Positions 27,062 through 35,610 of a stretch of DNA of 64,000 nucleotides are shown piece by piece. Source of the stretch: Chloroflexota bacterium (GTDB lineage Bacteria > Chloroflexota > Dehalococcoidia > JAUQQI01); assembly GCA_040289115.1 (NCBI GenBank), contig PSKS01000006.1:11781-75780 (forward strand). The letters run 5' to 3'. The notes below the pieces were generated by a model. The model did not search any database, was not told the DNA's origin, and saw only the letters and a list, made by a program, of their open reading frames with translations. A program made the translations under genes and the position numbers. How positions within the stretch are numbered: position 1 is the stretch's first letter; the number at the start of each line of letters is the position of its first letter.

Positions 27062-28465
27062 ATGGCCGTCACCCCAACCCTTGCCGAGTTCATCGCCGGT
27101 TTCCCAACTGACCGGATCCCACTCCCAGCTCTAGACGTGGCAACCCGGGCCATCCTGGACACCCTCGGGGTTGCCTTGGCCGGTTCCGTTGAGCCCCCGG
27201 CCACCCTCACTGCCCAGCTCGCCCCCAACCTGTCCGACGGGGCGGCCCTCTGGGGGCAGAATCGGCACACGACTCCCGCCTACGCCGCCCTCGTCAACGG
27301 GGCTGCTGCCCACGCCCTCGATTACGACGACGTCCAGCATTCACTCCGGGGCCACCCCAGTGCCCCCGTCGTTCCCGCCCTTTTTGCCGTCGCCGAAACT
27401 ACCGGTCGGTCCGGCCGGGACGTCCTGGCAGCCTACGTCATCGCCGACGAGGTGGCCGGGCGGCTGGGCGCGGCCATCGGCGCGTCACATTACATCGCCG
27501 GCTGGCACAACACCTCAACCCTGGGCGCCCTGGCCGCCGCGGCCGGCTGCGCCCGCCTCCTGGGGCTCGGCCCCGAGGGGACCCGCCGGGCTCTGGGGAT
27601 TGCCGCCTCCATGGCCTCCGGCCTTAAGAAAAACTTTGGAACTATGACTAAACCACTTCACGCCGGCCTAGCCGCCCGGGTCGGGGTTGAGGCGGCAACC
27701 CTGGCCAGCCTGGACTTCACCGCTGATGACTCCAGCCTAGACGGCCCCCTCGGCTTCCTTGCAATTTACTCGGCCGGAGGGGCCATCAAGGCCGAGGCCC
27801 TCACCGAGGACCTCGGGGAGCGCTGGCAGGTCCTCGACCCCGGCATTGCGGTTAAGGTTTACCCCTGCTGCGCCGAAACCCACCGGGCCCTTGATGCCAT
27901 TTTCCTGCTGCTGGCGGCCGAACCCTTCCGGCCCGAAGAGGTTGAGGCCGTTGAGGCCCTGGTCTCGCCGGTGGGAACCCCCCTCATCCACACCTCCCCG
28001 AAGACCGGCCTGGAAGGGAAATTCAGCATCGAATACTGCCTGGCGGCGGCCATCCTGGACCGGCAAATTAACCTGGCAACCTTCACCGACGAGATGGTGA
28101 ACCGCCCGGAGGTTCGGGCCCTCATGGCCCGGGTGAAGCGGGTTTGGTACGATTCCCTGCCCGTCGGCAGCGGCCTTCAGGATGACCTTCACAGCGGCGT
28201 TGACGTTCCCCTGGTCAAGGTTTACCTTAAGGACGGCCGGGTTCTCAGCCGGCGGGTGGAGGAGCCTAGGGGCGACCCGAAGAACCCGGTAAGCTGGGAG
28301 GAACTGGTTGCCAAGTTCCGGGACTGCGCCGGCCGAGCGCTCACCCCCGGGGCCGTTGACCGCCTTGTCGCCCTGGTCCGGGAGCTCCCAAACCTCACGG
28401 ACCTTCGGGAGGTAAGCGCCCTACTGGCCGGAAGCTCGACGCCCGTGCGGGAGACGACCCGGTGA
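27062..28465 (+). CDS. MmgE/PrpD-family protein (2-methylcitrate dehydratase-like)
   Basis: 467 aa starting at MAVTPTLAEF with AAAGGAGCG SD. MmgE/PrpD-like composition. Confidence 0.65.
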   Translation: MAVTPTLAEFIAGFPTDRIPLPALDVATRAILDTLGVALAGSVEPPATLTAQLAPNLSDGAALWGQNRHTTPAYAALVNGAAAHALDYDDVQHSLRGHPSAPVVPALFAVAETTGRSGRDVLAAYVIADEVAGRLGAAIGASHYIAGWHNTSTLGALAAAAGCARLLGLGPEGTRRALGIAASMASGLKKNFGTMTKPLHAGLAARVGVEAATLASLDFTADDSSLDGPLGFLAIYSAGGAIKAEALTEDLGERWQVLDPGIAVKVYPCCAETHRALDAIFLLLAAEPFRPEEVEAVEALVSPVGTPLIHTSPKTGLEGKFSIEYCLAAAILDRQINLATFTDEMVNRPEVRALMARVKRVWYDSLPVGSGLQDDLHSGVDVPLVKVYLKDGRVLSRRVEEPRGDPKNPVSWEELVAKFRDCAGRALTPGAVDRLVALVRELPNLTDLREVSALLAGSSTPVRETTR

Positions 28466-28950
28466 GCACCCCAGGTCTCCAAGATCTGCCGGCTGAGTAC
28501 GCGGCCAAGCTGGCCGAGCTCAAAGAAGCCATCACGGGCGCCCGGGACTGGGCCTCCGCCCTGGTGGAGACGGTTCGGCGGCTGCGGGATGCCTTCGGCA
28601 AGTACCAGTGGGTGGGCATCTACTGGGTGATCCACCACCAGCTGGTCCTCCTGGCCTGGGACGGTCCGGAGCCCACCGCCCACGGGCGAATCCCCATTGG
28701 GGTCGGCATCTGCGGCCTGGCCGCCGAGACCGGCCAGACGGTGGTGGTCCCCGACGTCACCAAGGAACCCCGCTACCTGGCCTGCTTTCCGTACACCCGC
28801 TCGGAAATCGTGGTGCCCATCAAGCGGGACGGGCGGGTCCTGGGCGAGGTCGACATCGACAGCAACCTACTGGACCCTTTCGGCTCCGAAGACCGGGTGT
28901 TCCTGGAGGCGGTAGCCGGCCTGCTGGCGGAGAAGTATCCCGGCAACTGA
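28462..28950 (+). CDS. GAF-domain protein (free methionine-R-sulfoxide reductase/YebR-like)
   Basis: 162 aa GAF fold with conserved VGICGLAAETGQTVVVPDV...EIVVPI pattern. 4-nt overlap with the upstream gene. Confidence 0.55.
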   Translation: MSTPGLQDLPAEYAAKLAELKEAITGARDWASALVETVRRLRDAFGKYQWVGIYWVIHHQLVLLAWDGPEPTAHGRIPIGVGICGLAAETGQTVVVPDVTKEPRYLACFPYTRSEIVVPIKRDGRVLGEVDIDSNLLDPFGSEDRVFLEAVAGLLAEKYPGN

Positions 28951-28954
28951 AGGC

Positions 28955-29497
28955 TCAGGCCGTAGTCCGAAGCTCCCGAAGCCGGCGCCGGAGCATGCCC
29001 TCCGGGTCGAGGCGGTTGGCCACGGCTTCAGCAGACTCCAGGCCGAAAGTTTCCAGGAACTGGCGGGTCACGCCATAAAGGGCCGGCCGGCCCGGCCCCT
29101 CGGCCCAGCCCACGACCTCCACCAGGCCCCTGGCCACCAGCACGGCCAGCGCCCGCTCAGAAGATACCCCCCGAACCCGGTCCACCTCGGCCCGAGTCAC
29201 CGGCTGGAGAAGGGCCACCACCGCCAGGGTTTCCAGCAGGGGCCGGGAAAGCTTCGGCGGCGGCTCTAGCTCGAAGAACCGGCGCACCGCCGGGGCCGCC
29301 TCCGGGGCGGTGACCAGGGCCACCGTGTCCCGAAACCGCTGGAGCCGGACCCCCCGCCCGGCCAGGACAGCCTCAAGGCGGTCCAGGGCGGCCTGGGTAT
29401 CTTCAAGGGATAGTTGAGCGGCCTGAGCAAGCCGCCCCATCGGAACGGGTCGGCCGGCGGCAAAGAGGAGGGCCTCGATAATTTGTTCAGAATCCAA
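28955..29497 (-). CDS. scpB: segregation and condensation protein B
   Basis: IIEALLFAAGRPV...LVEVV winged-helix pattern, 180 aa. Confidence 0.8.
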   Translation of the reverse strand: MDSEQIIEALLFAAGRPVPMGRLAQAAQLSLEDTQAALDRLEAVLAGRGVRLQRFRDTVALVTAPEAAPAVRRFFELEPPPKLSRPLLETLAVVALLQPVTRAEVDRVRGVSSERALAVLVARGLVEVVGWAEGPGRPALYGVTRQFLETFGLESAEAVANRLDPEGMLRRRLRELRTTA

Positions 29498-29506
29498 CCC
29501 GTCCCC

Positions 29507-30133
29507 TTACGGCGGCGTTTCGGTGGGTGGGGGCGGGGCGGGCTCCTGGCGGACCGGCTCGGCGGCAGGGGTCGGCCGGGGCCGTTCCACCGACCGCACC
29601 ACGGCCCGAATCTGCCGTGGTGCCACCCCAAGGCGCTCCGTCAGTACCCGCCGGGCCAGGTCGACGGCCTCCTGGGTCTTCGGACCCACGTCCACATTCG
29701 AGTCAAGACGCAGCTCCAGGTCTAGGTCCACCTGCCGGCCCCGGGGCCGAACCCTCGGCCGGGCCTCCCGGATGCCGGCGACGCTTTCCAGTTCGTATTT
29801 AAGTCGCTGGACTATAGCGTCCACGCTCAGAACGGCCTCCCCCGGCACCCCGGTCAACCTTACCCCCGACGGGCGCCCGGGTAAAAGCTCCAGGACCAGA
29901 ATGATGAAGGCGATGAAGGCGAGGAAGCTGCCGAAGAGGAAGAACACCAGCCGCTCCTCAAAGGTGGCCTCGGTGAGGTTTCGGAAGAACTCCCCAAGCC
30001 AGTTGCGGGAAAAGTCCGAAAGGGCGCTTGCCGCCTGAACCGGGGCCACCATCGCCGCCAAAATCGCCAGCAACGTACAACTTATAAACACCAGGAGCAG
30101 GAGTATCACAACCACCCGGTTAAAGACGTTCAC
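29507..30133 (-). CDS. membrane-anchored Asp23/Gls24-like (AmaP-like) protein
   Basis: Two N-terminal TM helices, then LSVDAIVQRLKYELESVAGIREARPRV...VDLDLELRL, which resembles the Asp23 fold. Pro-rich tail. Confidence 0.3.
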   Translation of the reverse strand: MNVFNRVVVILLLLVFISCTLLAILAAMVAPVQAASALSDFSRNWLGEFFRNLTEATFEERLVFFLFGSFLAFIAFIILVLELLPGRPSGVRLTGVPGEAVLSVDAIVQRLKYELESVAGIREARPRVRPRGRQVDLDLELRLDSNVDVGPKTQEAVDLARRVLTERLGVAPRQIRAVVRSVERPRPTPAAEPVRQEPAPPPPTETPP

Positions 30134-30144
30134 TTATACCTCCT

Positions 30145-31476
30145 TTAGACGGGATGGGCCACCAGCAGGTCGCCCTCGCAGCCGGTAACCCGGACCCGAC
30201 GGAGCCGGCCGACAGCGGCCTCAGTCGCCGGAAACCGCACCCGCAGGTAGTTGTCGGCCAGCCCCTCCCACCAGCGGCCTTCGGGGCCCGCCTCGGCCGG
30301 CCCCTCCACGATGACCTCGAGCACCTGGCCAACCTGGCTTCTCCGGAACGCCGCGGCCGACTCCTCGGCCAGGGCGATAAGCCGCTCGCTCCGGGCCTTC
30401 TTTACACCTTCGGAAACCTGGTCGGGGAAGCGGGCCGCCAGGGTCCCCGGGCGGGGCGAATACCGGAAGACGTGCAGGCCGGCAAACTCCAGCTCCTGGC
30501 AGAGTCGATAGGTGGCCTCAAAGTCGGCCTCCGACTCGCCCGGGAAGCCCACGATGACGTCAGCCGCCACAAAGGCCCCCGGCACCCGGGACCGGATGGC
30601 CGCCACCAGCTCCCGGTACTGCCCCACCGTGTACCGCCGCCGCATCCGGGCCAGCACCCGGTCGCTACCGCTTTGCAGGGGCAGATGGAAGTGGCGGCAG
30701 AGCCGCTCGCTGGGGAAAAGGTCCAGCAGGCGTAGGTCAAAGTCGGCCGGGTCAATGGACGAGAAGCGGATCCGGCGGATTGGTGTCTGCTCCAGGAGGG
30801 CACAGACCAGCTCGTAAAAGTGGGACCGGCCGTCCCATTCCAGGCCGTAAGCCCCGATGCAGACCCCGGTCAGGACCACTTCTTCGAAGCCTGCGGCGGC
30901 GAACTGGCGGGTCTTTTCGGTCAGCTCAGGGAGGGGAACGGATCGGTGCCGCCCCCGGGCCCGGGGAACGATGCAGAAGGCGCAGACGTAATTGCACCCA
31001 TCCTGAATCTTCAAAAGGGCCCGGGCATGCCCGGGCCGGTCCGCCCAGGTGTAGGCCGCGGCAGCCAGGTCCCCGAGGCGGGTGGGGACCGGGCCGAACC
31101 GCTGCTCCCATTCCCCCAGAACGATTTCCGGGAGCCGGTCCTTCTCTCGGTTCGGCACCAGCAGGTCCACCTCGGGCATGGCCAGCAGCTCCCCGGGCGC
31201 CACCTGGGCGTAGCAGCCGGTCACCACCACAATGGCCCCCGGATTGGACCGCTTCAGCTGGCGGATCAGGTGGCGGGCCTTCCGGTCGGCGATGTGGGTC
31301 ACGGTGCAGGTATTCACCACGTAAACGTCGGCCCCATCCTCCGGCTCCACCGGCATCAGGCCGACGGCCGCAAGCCGCCGCTCCAGTTCGTCGGATTCGG
31401 CCTGATTCAAGCGGCAGCCAAGGGTGGCCACCGCGAAACGGCAGAGCCGTTGGGAATTCGGGCTGAACTCACCCAT
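30145..31476 (-). CDS. radical-SAM methylthiotransferase, MiaB/RimO/MtaB family
   Basis: N-terminal MTTase domain (VATLGCRLNQAESD, VVNTCTV), radical-SAM CNYVCAFC, C-terminal TRAM domain. Confidence 0.8.
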   Translation of the reverse strand: MGEFSPNSQRLCRFAVATLGCRLNQAESDELERRLAAVGLMPVEPEDGADVYVVNTCTVTHIADRKARHLIRQLKRSNPGAIVVVTGCYAQVAPGELLAMPEVDLLVPNREKDRLPEIVLGEWEQRFGPVPTRLGDLAAAAYTWADRPGHARALLKIQDGCNYVCAFCIVPRARGRHRSVPLPELTEKTRQFAAAGFEEVVLTGVCIGAYGLEWDGRSHFYELVCALLEQTPIRRIRFSSIDPADFDLRLLDLFPSERLCRHFHLPLQSGSDRVLARMRRRYTVGQYRELVAAIRSRVPGAFVAADVIVGFPGESEADFEATYRLCQELEFAGLHVFRYSPRPGTLAARFPDQVSEGVKKARSERLIALAEESAAAFRRSQVGQVLEVIVEGPAEAGPEGRWWEGLADNYLRVRFPATEAAVGRLRRVRVTGCEGDLLVAHPV

Positions 31477-31504
31477 CTGTCATCAGTGGGCCTACCAGGG
31501 CAGA

Positions 31505-31717
31505 CTAGCCGGCGGGACGCGAGGCCTGGGGAGCGGCCGGAGACCCCGCGGTCTGGTGGCCCGCCGGCGGCCAGAGGCCGAGGCGCATCAGCCGGCGCCG
31601 CTCCTCCAGCTTTTTGCGCTTCTTGCGGTGCTTGCGGAGCACCTTGCGGTAGCGTTCGCTCATGCCCATAGGCCGCTCACCGAAAACAATATAATTGCGC
31701 TCCCCGTTGGGAGTCAA
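31505..31717 (-). CDS. possible small highly basic protein (70 aa)
   Basis: ORF with MSERYRKVLRKHRKKRKKLEERRRLMRLG, just upstream of the MiaB-like gene. No family recognised. Confidence 0.2.
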   Translation of the reverse strand: MTPNGERNYIVFGERPMGMSERYRKVLRKHRKKRKKLEERRRLMRLGLWPPAGHQTAGSPAAPQASRPAG

Positions 31718-31845
31718 ATGGGCCGGCGGGCAACCCCGGAACGGGGAAACATCCGGCCGCCGGTGCGAAAGACAGGCCCGACGGAATGCAGTAGTATCTA
31801 TAAGGCAAATCCCTTGAAAAGTCGAGACACCAGAGGGAGGTACCG

Positions 31846-33042
31846 ATGGATCTTTTCGAGAAATGCCGGCAGTTTAGCCGGGCCAGCACCATCCAGCTGG
31901 CCCAGGCCCAGCAGATGTATCCATACTTCATCCCCCTCCAGTCCCAGGCCGGCCCCGAGGTGGTTATCAACGGCCGCAAGATGCTCATGTTCGGCTCCAA
32001 CAATTACTTGGGCCTTACCCAGCACCCCGAGGTCGTGGAGGCCGCCATAAAGGCCGTCGAAAAATACGGCACCAGCTGCACCGGCTCCCGCCTCCTCAAC
32101 GGCACCCTAGACCTCCACGAAGAGCTCGAACAGGAGCTTGCTCGCTGGCTTGGAAAGGAAGCCGCCCTGGTGTTCACTACCGGTTTCCAGACCAACCTGG
32201 GGGCCATTTCTGCCCTGGTGGGCCGTCGGGACGTGGCCCTCATCGACCGGGCCGACCACGCCTCCATCGTCGACGCCACCAGGCTCTCCTTCGGCCAGAC
32301 GGCGCGTTTCAAGCATAACGACATGGCGGATCTGGAGCGGCTCCTGGAGCAGTATTCCCCGGACCATGGGGTCCTCATCGTAGTGGACGGCGTCTTCAGC
32401 ATGGAAGGGGACCTGGCGGACCTTCCCCGCATCGTCGAGCTCAAAAGGCGCTATGGTGCCCGGCTCTTCCTGGACGACGCCCACGGCCTTGGTGTGCTCG
32501 GTCCCACCGGCCGGGGCACCGCCGAGCACTTCGGCCTGCTCGATCAGGTGGACGTCATTATGGGGACGTTTTCCAAGTCCTTCGCCTCCACCGGCGGCTT
32601 TGTGGCCGGCCCGGCCGACGTCGTCTGGTACATCAAGCACACCGCCCGCTCCTTCCTTTTCAGCGCTAGCATTCCCCCGGCCTCGGCCGCGGCCGCCTTG
32701 GCGGCCCTGCGTATCATCCAGCGAGAACCGGAGCGGCTGAGGCGGCTCTGGCACAACGCCCGGGTCCTTAAAGAAGGCTTCGAGCGGCTGGGCCTCAGCA
32801 CGGGCCGCAGTCAGAGCCCCATCGTCCCCATCATTCTCGGCGATGAGCTCAAGGTGGGCCGCTTCTGGAAGGGCCTTTTTGACCGGGGCGTCTACGTCAA
32901 TGCGGCCGTGGCCCCGGCCGTCACCCCCGGCAGTGAGCTTATCCGAACCAGCTGCATCGCCACCCACACCGACGAACACTTGGAGCGGATGCTGGCGGCC
33001 GTGGCCGAGACCGCCCGGGAAGTGGGCCTGGTCCAGGACTAG
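31846..33042 (+). CDS. alpha-oxoamine synthase, serine-palmitoyltransferase-like
   Basis: PLP-dependent AOS fold. The PLP-lysine motif GTFSKSFASTGGF matches the SPT-type GTFSKS signature rather than BioF GTLSKA or Kbl GTLGKA. 398 aa. Confidence 0.7.
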   Translation: MDLFEKCRQFSRASTIQLAQAQQMYPYFIPLQSQAGPEVVINGRKMLMFGSNNYLGLTQHPEVVEAAIKAVEKYGTSCTGSRLLNGTLDLHEELEQELARWLGKEAALVFTTGFQTNLGAISALVGRRDVALIDRADHASIVDATRLSFGQTARFKHNDMADLERLLEQYSPDHGVLIVVDGVFSMEGDLADLPRIVELKRRYGARLFLDDAHGLGVLGPTGRGTAEHFGLLDQVDVIMGTFSKSFASTGGFVAGPADVVWYIKHTARSFLFSASIPPASAAAALAALRIIQREPERLRRLWHNARVLKEGFERLGLSTGRSQSPIVPIILGDELKVGRFWKGLFDRGVYVNAAVAPAVTPGSELIRTSCIATHTDEHLERMLAAVAETAREVGLVQD

Positions 33043-33045
33043 GCC

Positions 33046-34029
33046 GTGAGTCCTTCAAAAGTCTGCGTCGTAACCGGCGCAACCGGCTTCATCGGGAGCC
33101 ACCTGGTCGAGGCCCTGGTCAGCCGGGGCTGGCGGGTCCGATGCCCGGTCCGCAACCCCGACCGGGCCCGCTGGCTGGCGAGCCTGCCGGTGGAGCTGGT
33201 GCGGGCTGACCTCACCCGACCGGAGAGCCTCGACGGGGTCTTTGCTGGGGCGGAGGTGGTCTTTCACGTGGCCGGCCTTACCCGGGCCCTGCACCCGCAG
33301 GAGTTTTTCCAGATCAATGTCACCGGCACGGCCAACCTGCTGTCGGCCCTGGGCCGGGCCGGTCGCTCCTGCCGCAAGCTCATCTTTTTGTCAAGCCTGG
33401 CCGCCGCCGGCCCTTCCCGTCCCGGGACGGCCCGAACGGAGGCCGAGCCCCCAAACCCCGTAAGCGTTTACGGCAAGAGCAAGCGGCTGGCCGAGGAGCA
33501 GGTTATACGGAACTCCCCGGTGGAGTGGGTGATCCTGCGCCCCCCCATCGTTTACGGCCCCCGGGACGGCGAGGGACTCCTCTATTTTCGGGTGGTGAAG
33601 CTTGGGGTCCGGCCGGTCCTCTGCACCGAGCGCCGTTTTAGCCTAATTTACGTGGGCGACCTGGTGCGGGGCATTGTGTCGGCGGCCGAGTCGCCCCGGG
33701 CCGCCGGGATTTACCACATCGCCGACCCCACCCCGTACTCCTTTCGCACCCTGGCCACGGCTATCGGGGAGGTGATGGGCCGGCCCGGCCCAACCCTTCC
33801 GGCCCCAGGCTGGGCCTTCCGCCTGGCCGGCGCGGCCGCCGACCTGGTGGCCCAGGTCCGGCACCGGCCCATGGTCTTCAGCTACGATAAGGCGGTGGAG
33901 ATTACGGCCGGCGACTGGGTCTGCGACTGCGGCCGGATTGAGGCGGAGCTGGGTTTTAAGACCGAGGTGAGCCTGCACCAGGGGCTTAAACTAACCTACG
34001 ACTGGTACCGGTCGGTGGGTTGGTTCTGA
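33046..34029 (+). CDS. NAD-dependent epimerase/dehydratase-family reductase
   Basis: VVTGATGFIGSHLVEAL Rossmann motif, 327 aa. 3 nt downstream of the SPT-like gene. Confidence 0.7.
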   Translation: MSPSKVCVVTGATGFIGSHLVEALVSRGWRVRCPVRNPDRARWLASLPVELVRADLTRPESLDGVFAGAEVVFHVAGLTRALHPQEFFQINVTGTANLLSALGRAGRSCRKLIFLSSLAAAGPSRPGTARTEAEPPNPVSVYGKSKRLAEEQVIRNSPVEWVILRPPIVYGPRDGEGLLYFRVVKLGVRPVLCTERRFSLIYVGDLVRGIVSAAESPRAAGIYHIADPTPYSFRTLATAIGEVMGRPGPTLPAPGWAFRLAGAAADLVAQVRHRPMVFSYDKAVEITAGDWVCDCGRIEAELGFKTEVSLHQGLKLTYDWYRSVGWF

Positions 34030-34032
34030 CGG

Positions 34033-35568
34033 CTATTTTGGAGTCGGAACGTAGTGGCCCCGAGGCCGGTGCCCCAGCAAGTAGGCGGTAGAGGTTCGCA
34101 GACCGGCGACGCCCGTGAGAATGGGGATATAGAAGGGGAAGACCAGCCAAAAAAGAAACATATCTCGAAAGCCCCGCAGGCCTGGCCGCCCCGGCCCAAC
34201 CCACTCCGGCTCCGCCAGCAACGACCAATAAACCACTAGCCCCAGGAAAGTAACCCCGGTGAGGGTAATGCCCACCACCCAGTTCATCGTCTCCACGCTG
34301 TAATACGGGTAAAGGACTGAATCGATTAGCTTGGCCGCCGTAAACCCGATCCCTGGGATCAGGGTAAGCAGGTCCCGCTCCAGGCCCGACCAGAGCTTGG
34401 CCAGGAGGAGCGGAATATGGCCGATGCGGGCCGCCTCCACGAACTCGTCCAGGGGCCCTTCCCGCCAGCGGGCGCTCTGCTTAAAAAGGCTCTGGAAGGA
34501 GCGGACGTAAGTACGGAGCCTGGCCAGGGTCGTCGAACGGTCCCCGATGGCCATCACCGGGTAGACCCAGACCGGGATGGGTATCCCCACTACCCGGAAG
34601 CGTTCCCCATACCTGGCCCGGAGCCTAAACTCCACCCCGCTGTCCTGGCTGTGGGAGTTGGTAGGCCAGAAGTCCACGGTGGCGTAAAGGCCCAGAGTTC
34701 CGGCCGCGCCGGTAAAGGCGATTTCCGGCCGCCGGATCCAGCCCACGGTGTGGGCAGAGGTGGCCAGAGCCGCTAGCCGGCTGTGGAGGGGAGCCTGCCA
34801 GTAGTCCAGGGTGAAGAGGACCACCGGCTGGTAAAGGTGAAATCGCCGTTCCGGGTCCTCCAGAAAAGTCACCACCAGGGCCGGCAGAAAGTTCGGGTGG
34901 AACCGGGTATCCGAATCCAGGTCCACGATGAGCACCCGCCAGGGATCTTCACCCCGGGCCAGGGCCTCCCGGTAAAGCGCCCGGCCCGCCCAGTGCATGG
35001 CCGAGCTGGGACCCGGTAAAACATCGGGCTCCTCGGGGTGGGCCAGCTCCCGGATGGGCAGCATACCCGCAAACTCCTCCCGGAGCCGGGCCACCAGGGG
35101 CGGGGTAATGGGGTCATTCTGCTCGGTGCAGTAAACAACTTCGACGTTAACCAGCCGCCCGGTCGCGTCCTTCGGCCAGTTGGAGTCGTAGATGGACTGG
35201 ACACTGGCCCGGAGCATCCCGTAGTTGGATTCCCGGTAGGCCCGGATAAGAAAGATGACCTTGAGCCGGCGCCACTCGGGGTGGCCTTCAAGGCGGGAAA
35301 GCCAGTCTTCCCGACTGGAGCGGATTATCCATGGCCGGTTGATGAGGGCGCTCACCCCGTAATAAAAAACCTTGGCCACGAAGACGACGAAGCCGCAGGC
35401 TACCACCGCAAGGCCGACGGTGGGATGGATAAAGGAAAGCCAGACCGGGGCCGTGAGGATAAGCCAGGCCATAAGGCCCGGGTAAGCCTCATAGAAGCGC
35501 TGACATAGCCTTTCGGTGGCCGGCAGGCCGATGGCCCGGAAGAGGGCAGTCAAGTTCAACCCTACCAT
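34033..35568 (-). CDS. integral-membrane family-2 glycosyltransferase (DxD and QxxRW motifs)
   Basis: TM helices at both ends. IVDLDSD (DxD) and QSARW (QxxRW), as in cellulose/chitin synthases and ceramide glucosyltransferases. Confidence 0.55.
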   Translation of the reverse strand: MVGLNLTALFRAIGLPATERLCQRFYEAYPGLMAWLILTAPVWLSFIHPTVGLAVVACGFVVFVAKVFYYGVSALINRPWIIRSSREDWLSRLEGHPEWRRLKVIFLIRAYRESNYGMLRASVQSIYDSNWPKDATGRLVNVEVVYCTEQNDPITPPLVARLREEFAGMLPIRELAHPEEPDVLPGPSSAMHWAGRALYREALARGEDPWRVLIVDLDSDTRFHPNFLPALVVTFLEDPERRFHLYQPVVLFTLDYWQAPLHSRLAALATSAHTVGWIRRPEIAFTGAAGTLGLYATVDFWPTNSHSQDSGVEFRLRARYGERFRVVGIPIPVWVYPVMAIGDRSTTLARLRTYVRSFQSLFKQSARWREGPLDEFVEAARIGHIPLLLAKLWSGLERDLLTLIPGIGFTAAKLIDSVLYPYYSVETMNWVVGITLTGVTFLGLVVYWSLLAEPEWVGPGRPGLRGFRDMFLFWLVFPFYIPILTGVAGLRTSTAYLLGHRPRGHYVPTPK

Positions 35569-35610
35569 CGGCGCTCCTTGATCCGCTTAATTATATCAAC
35601 TTGCGGACGC

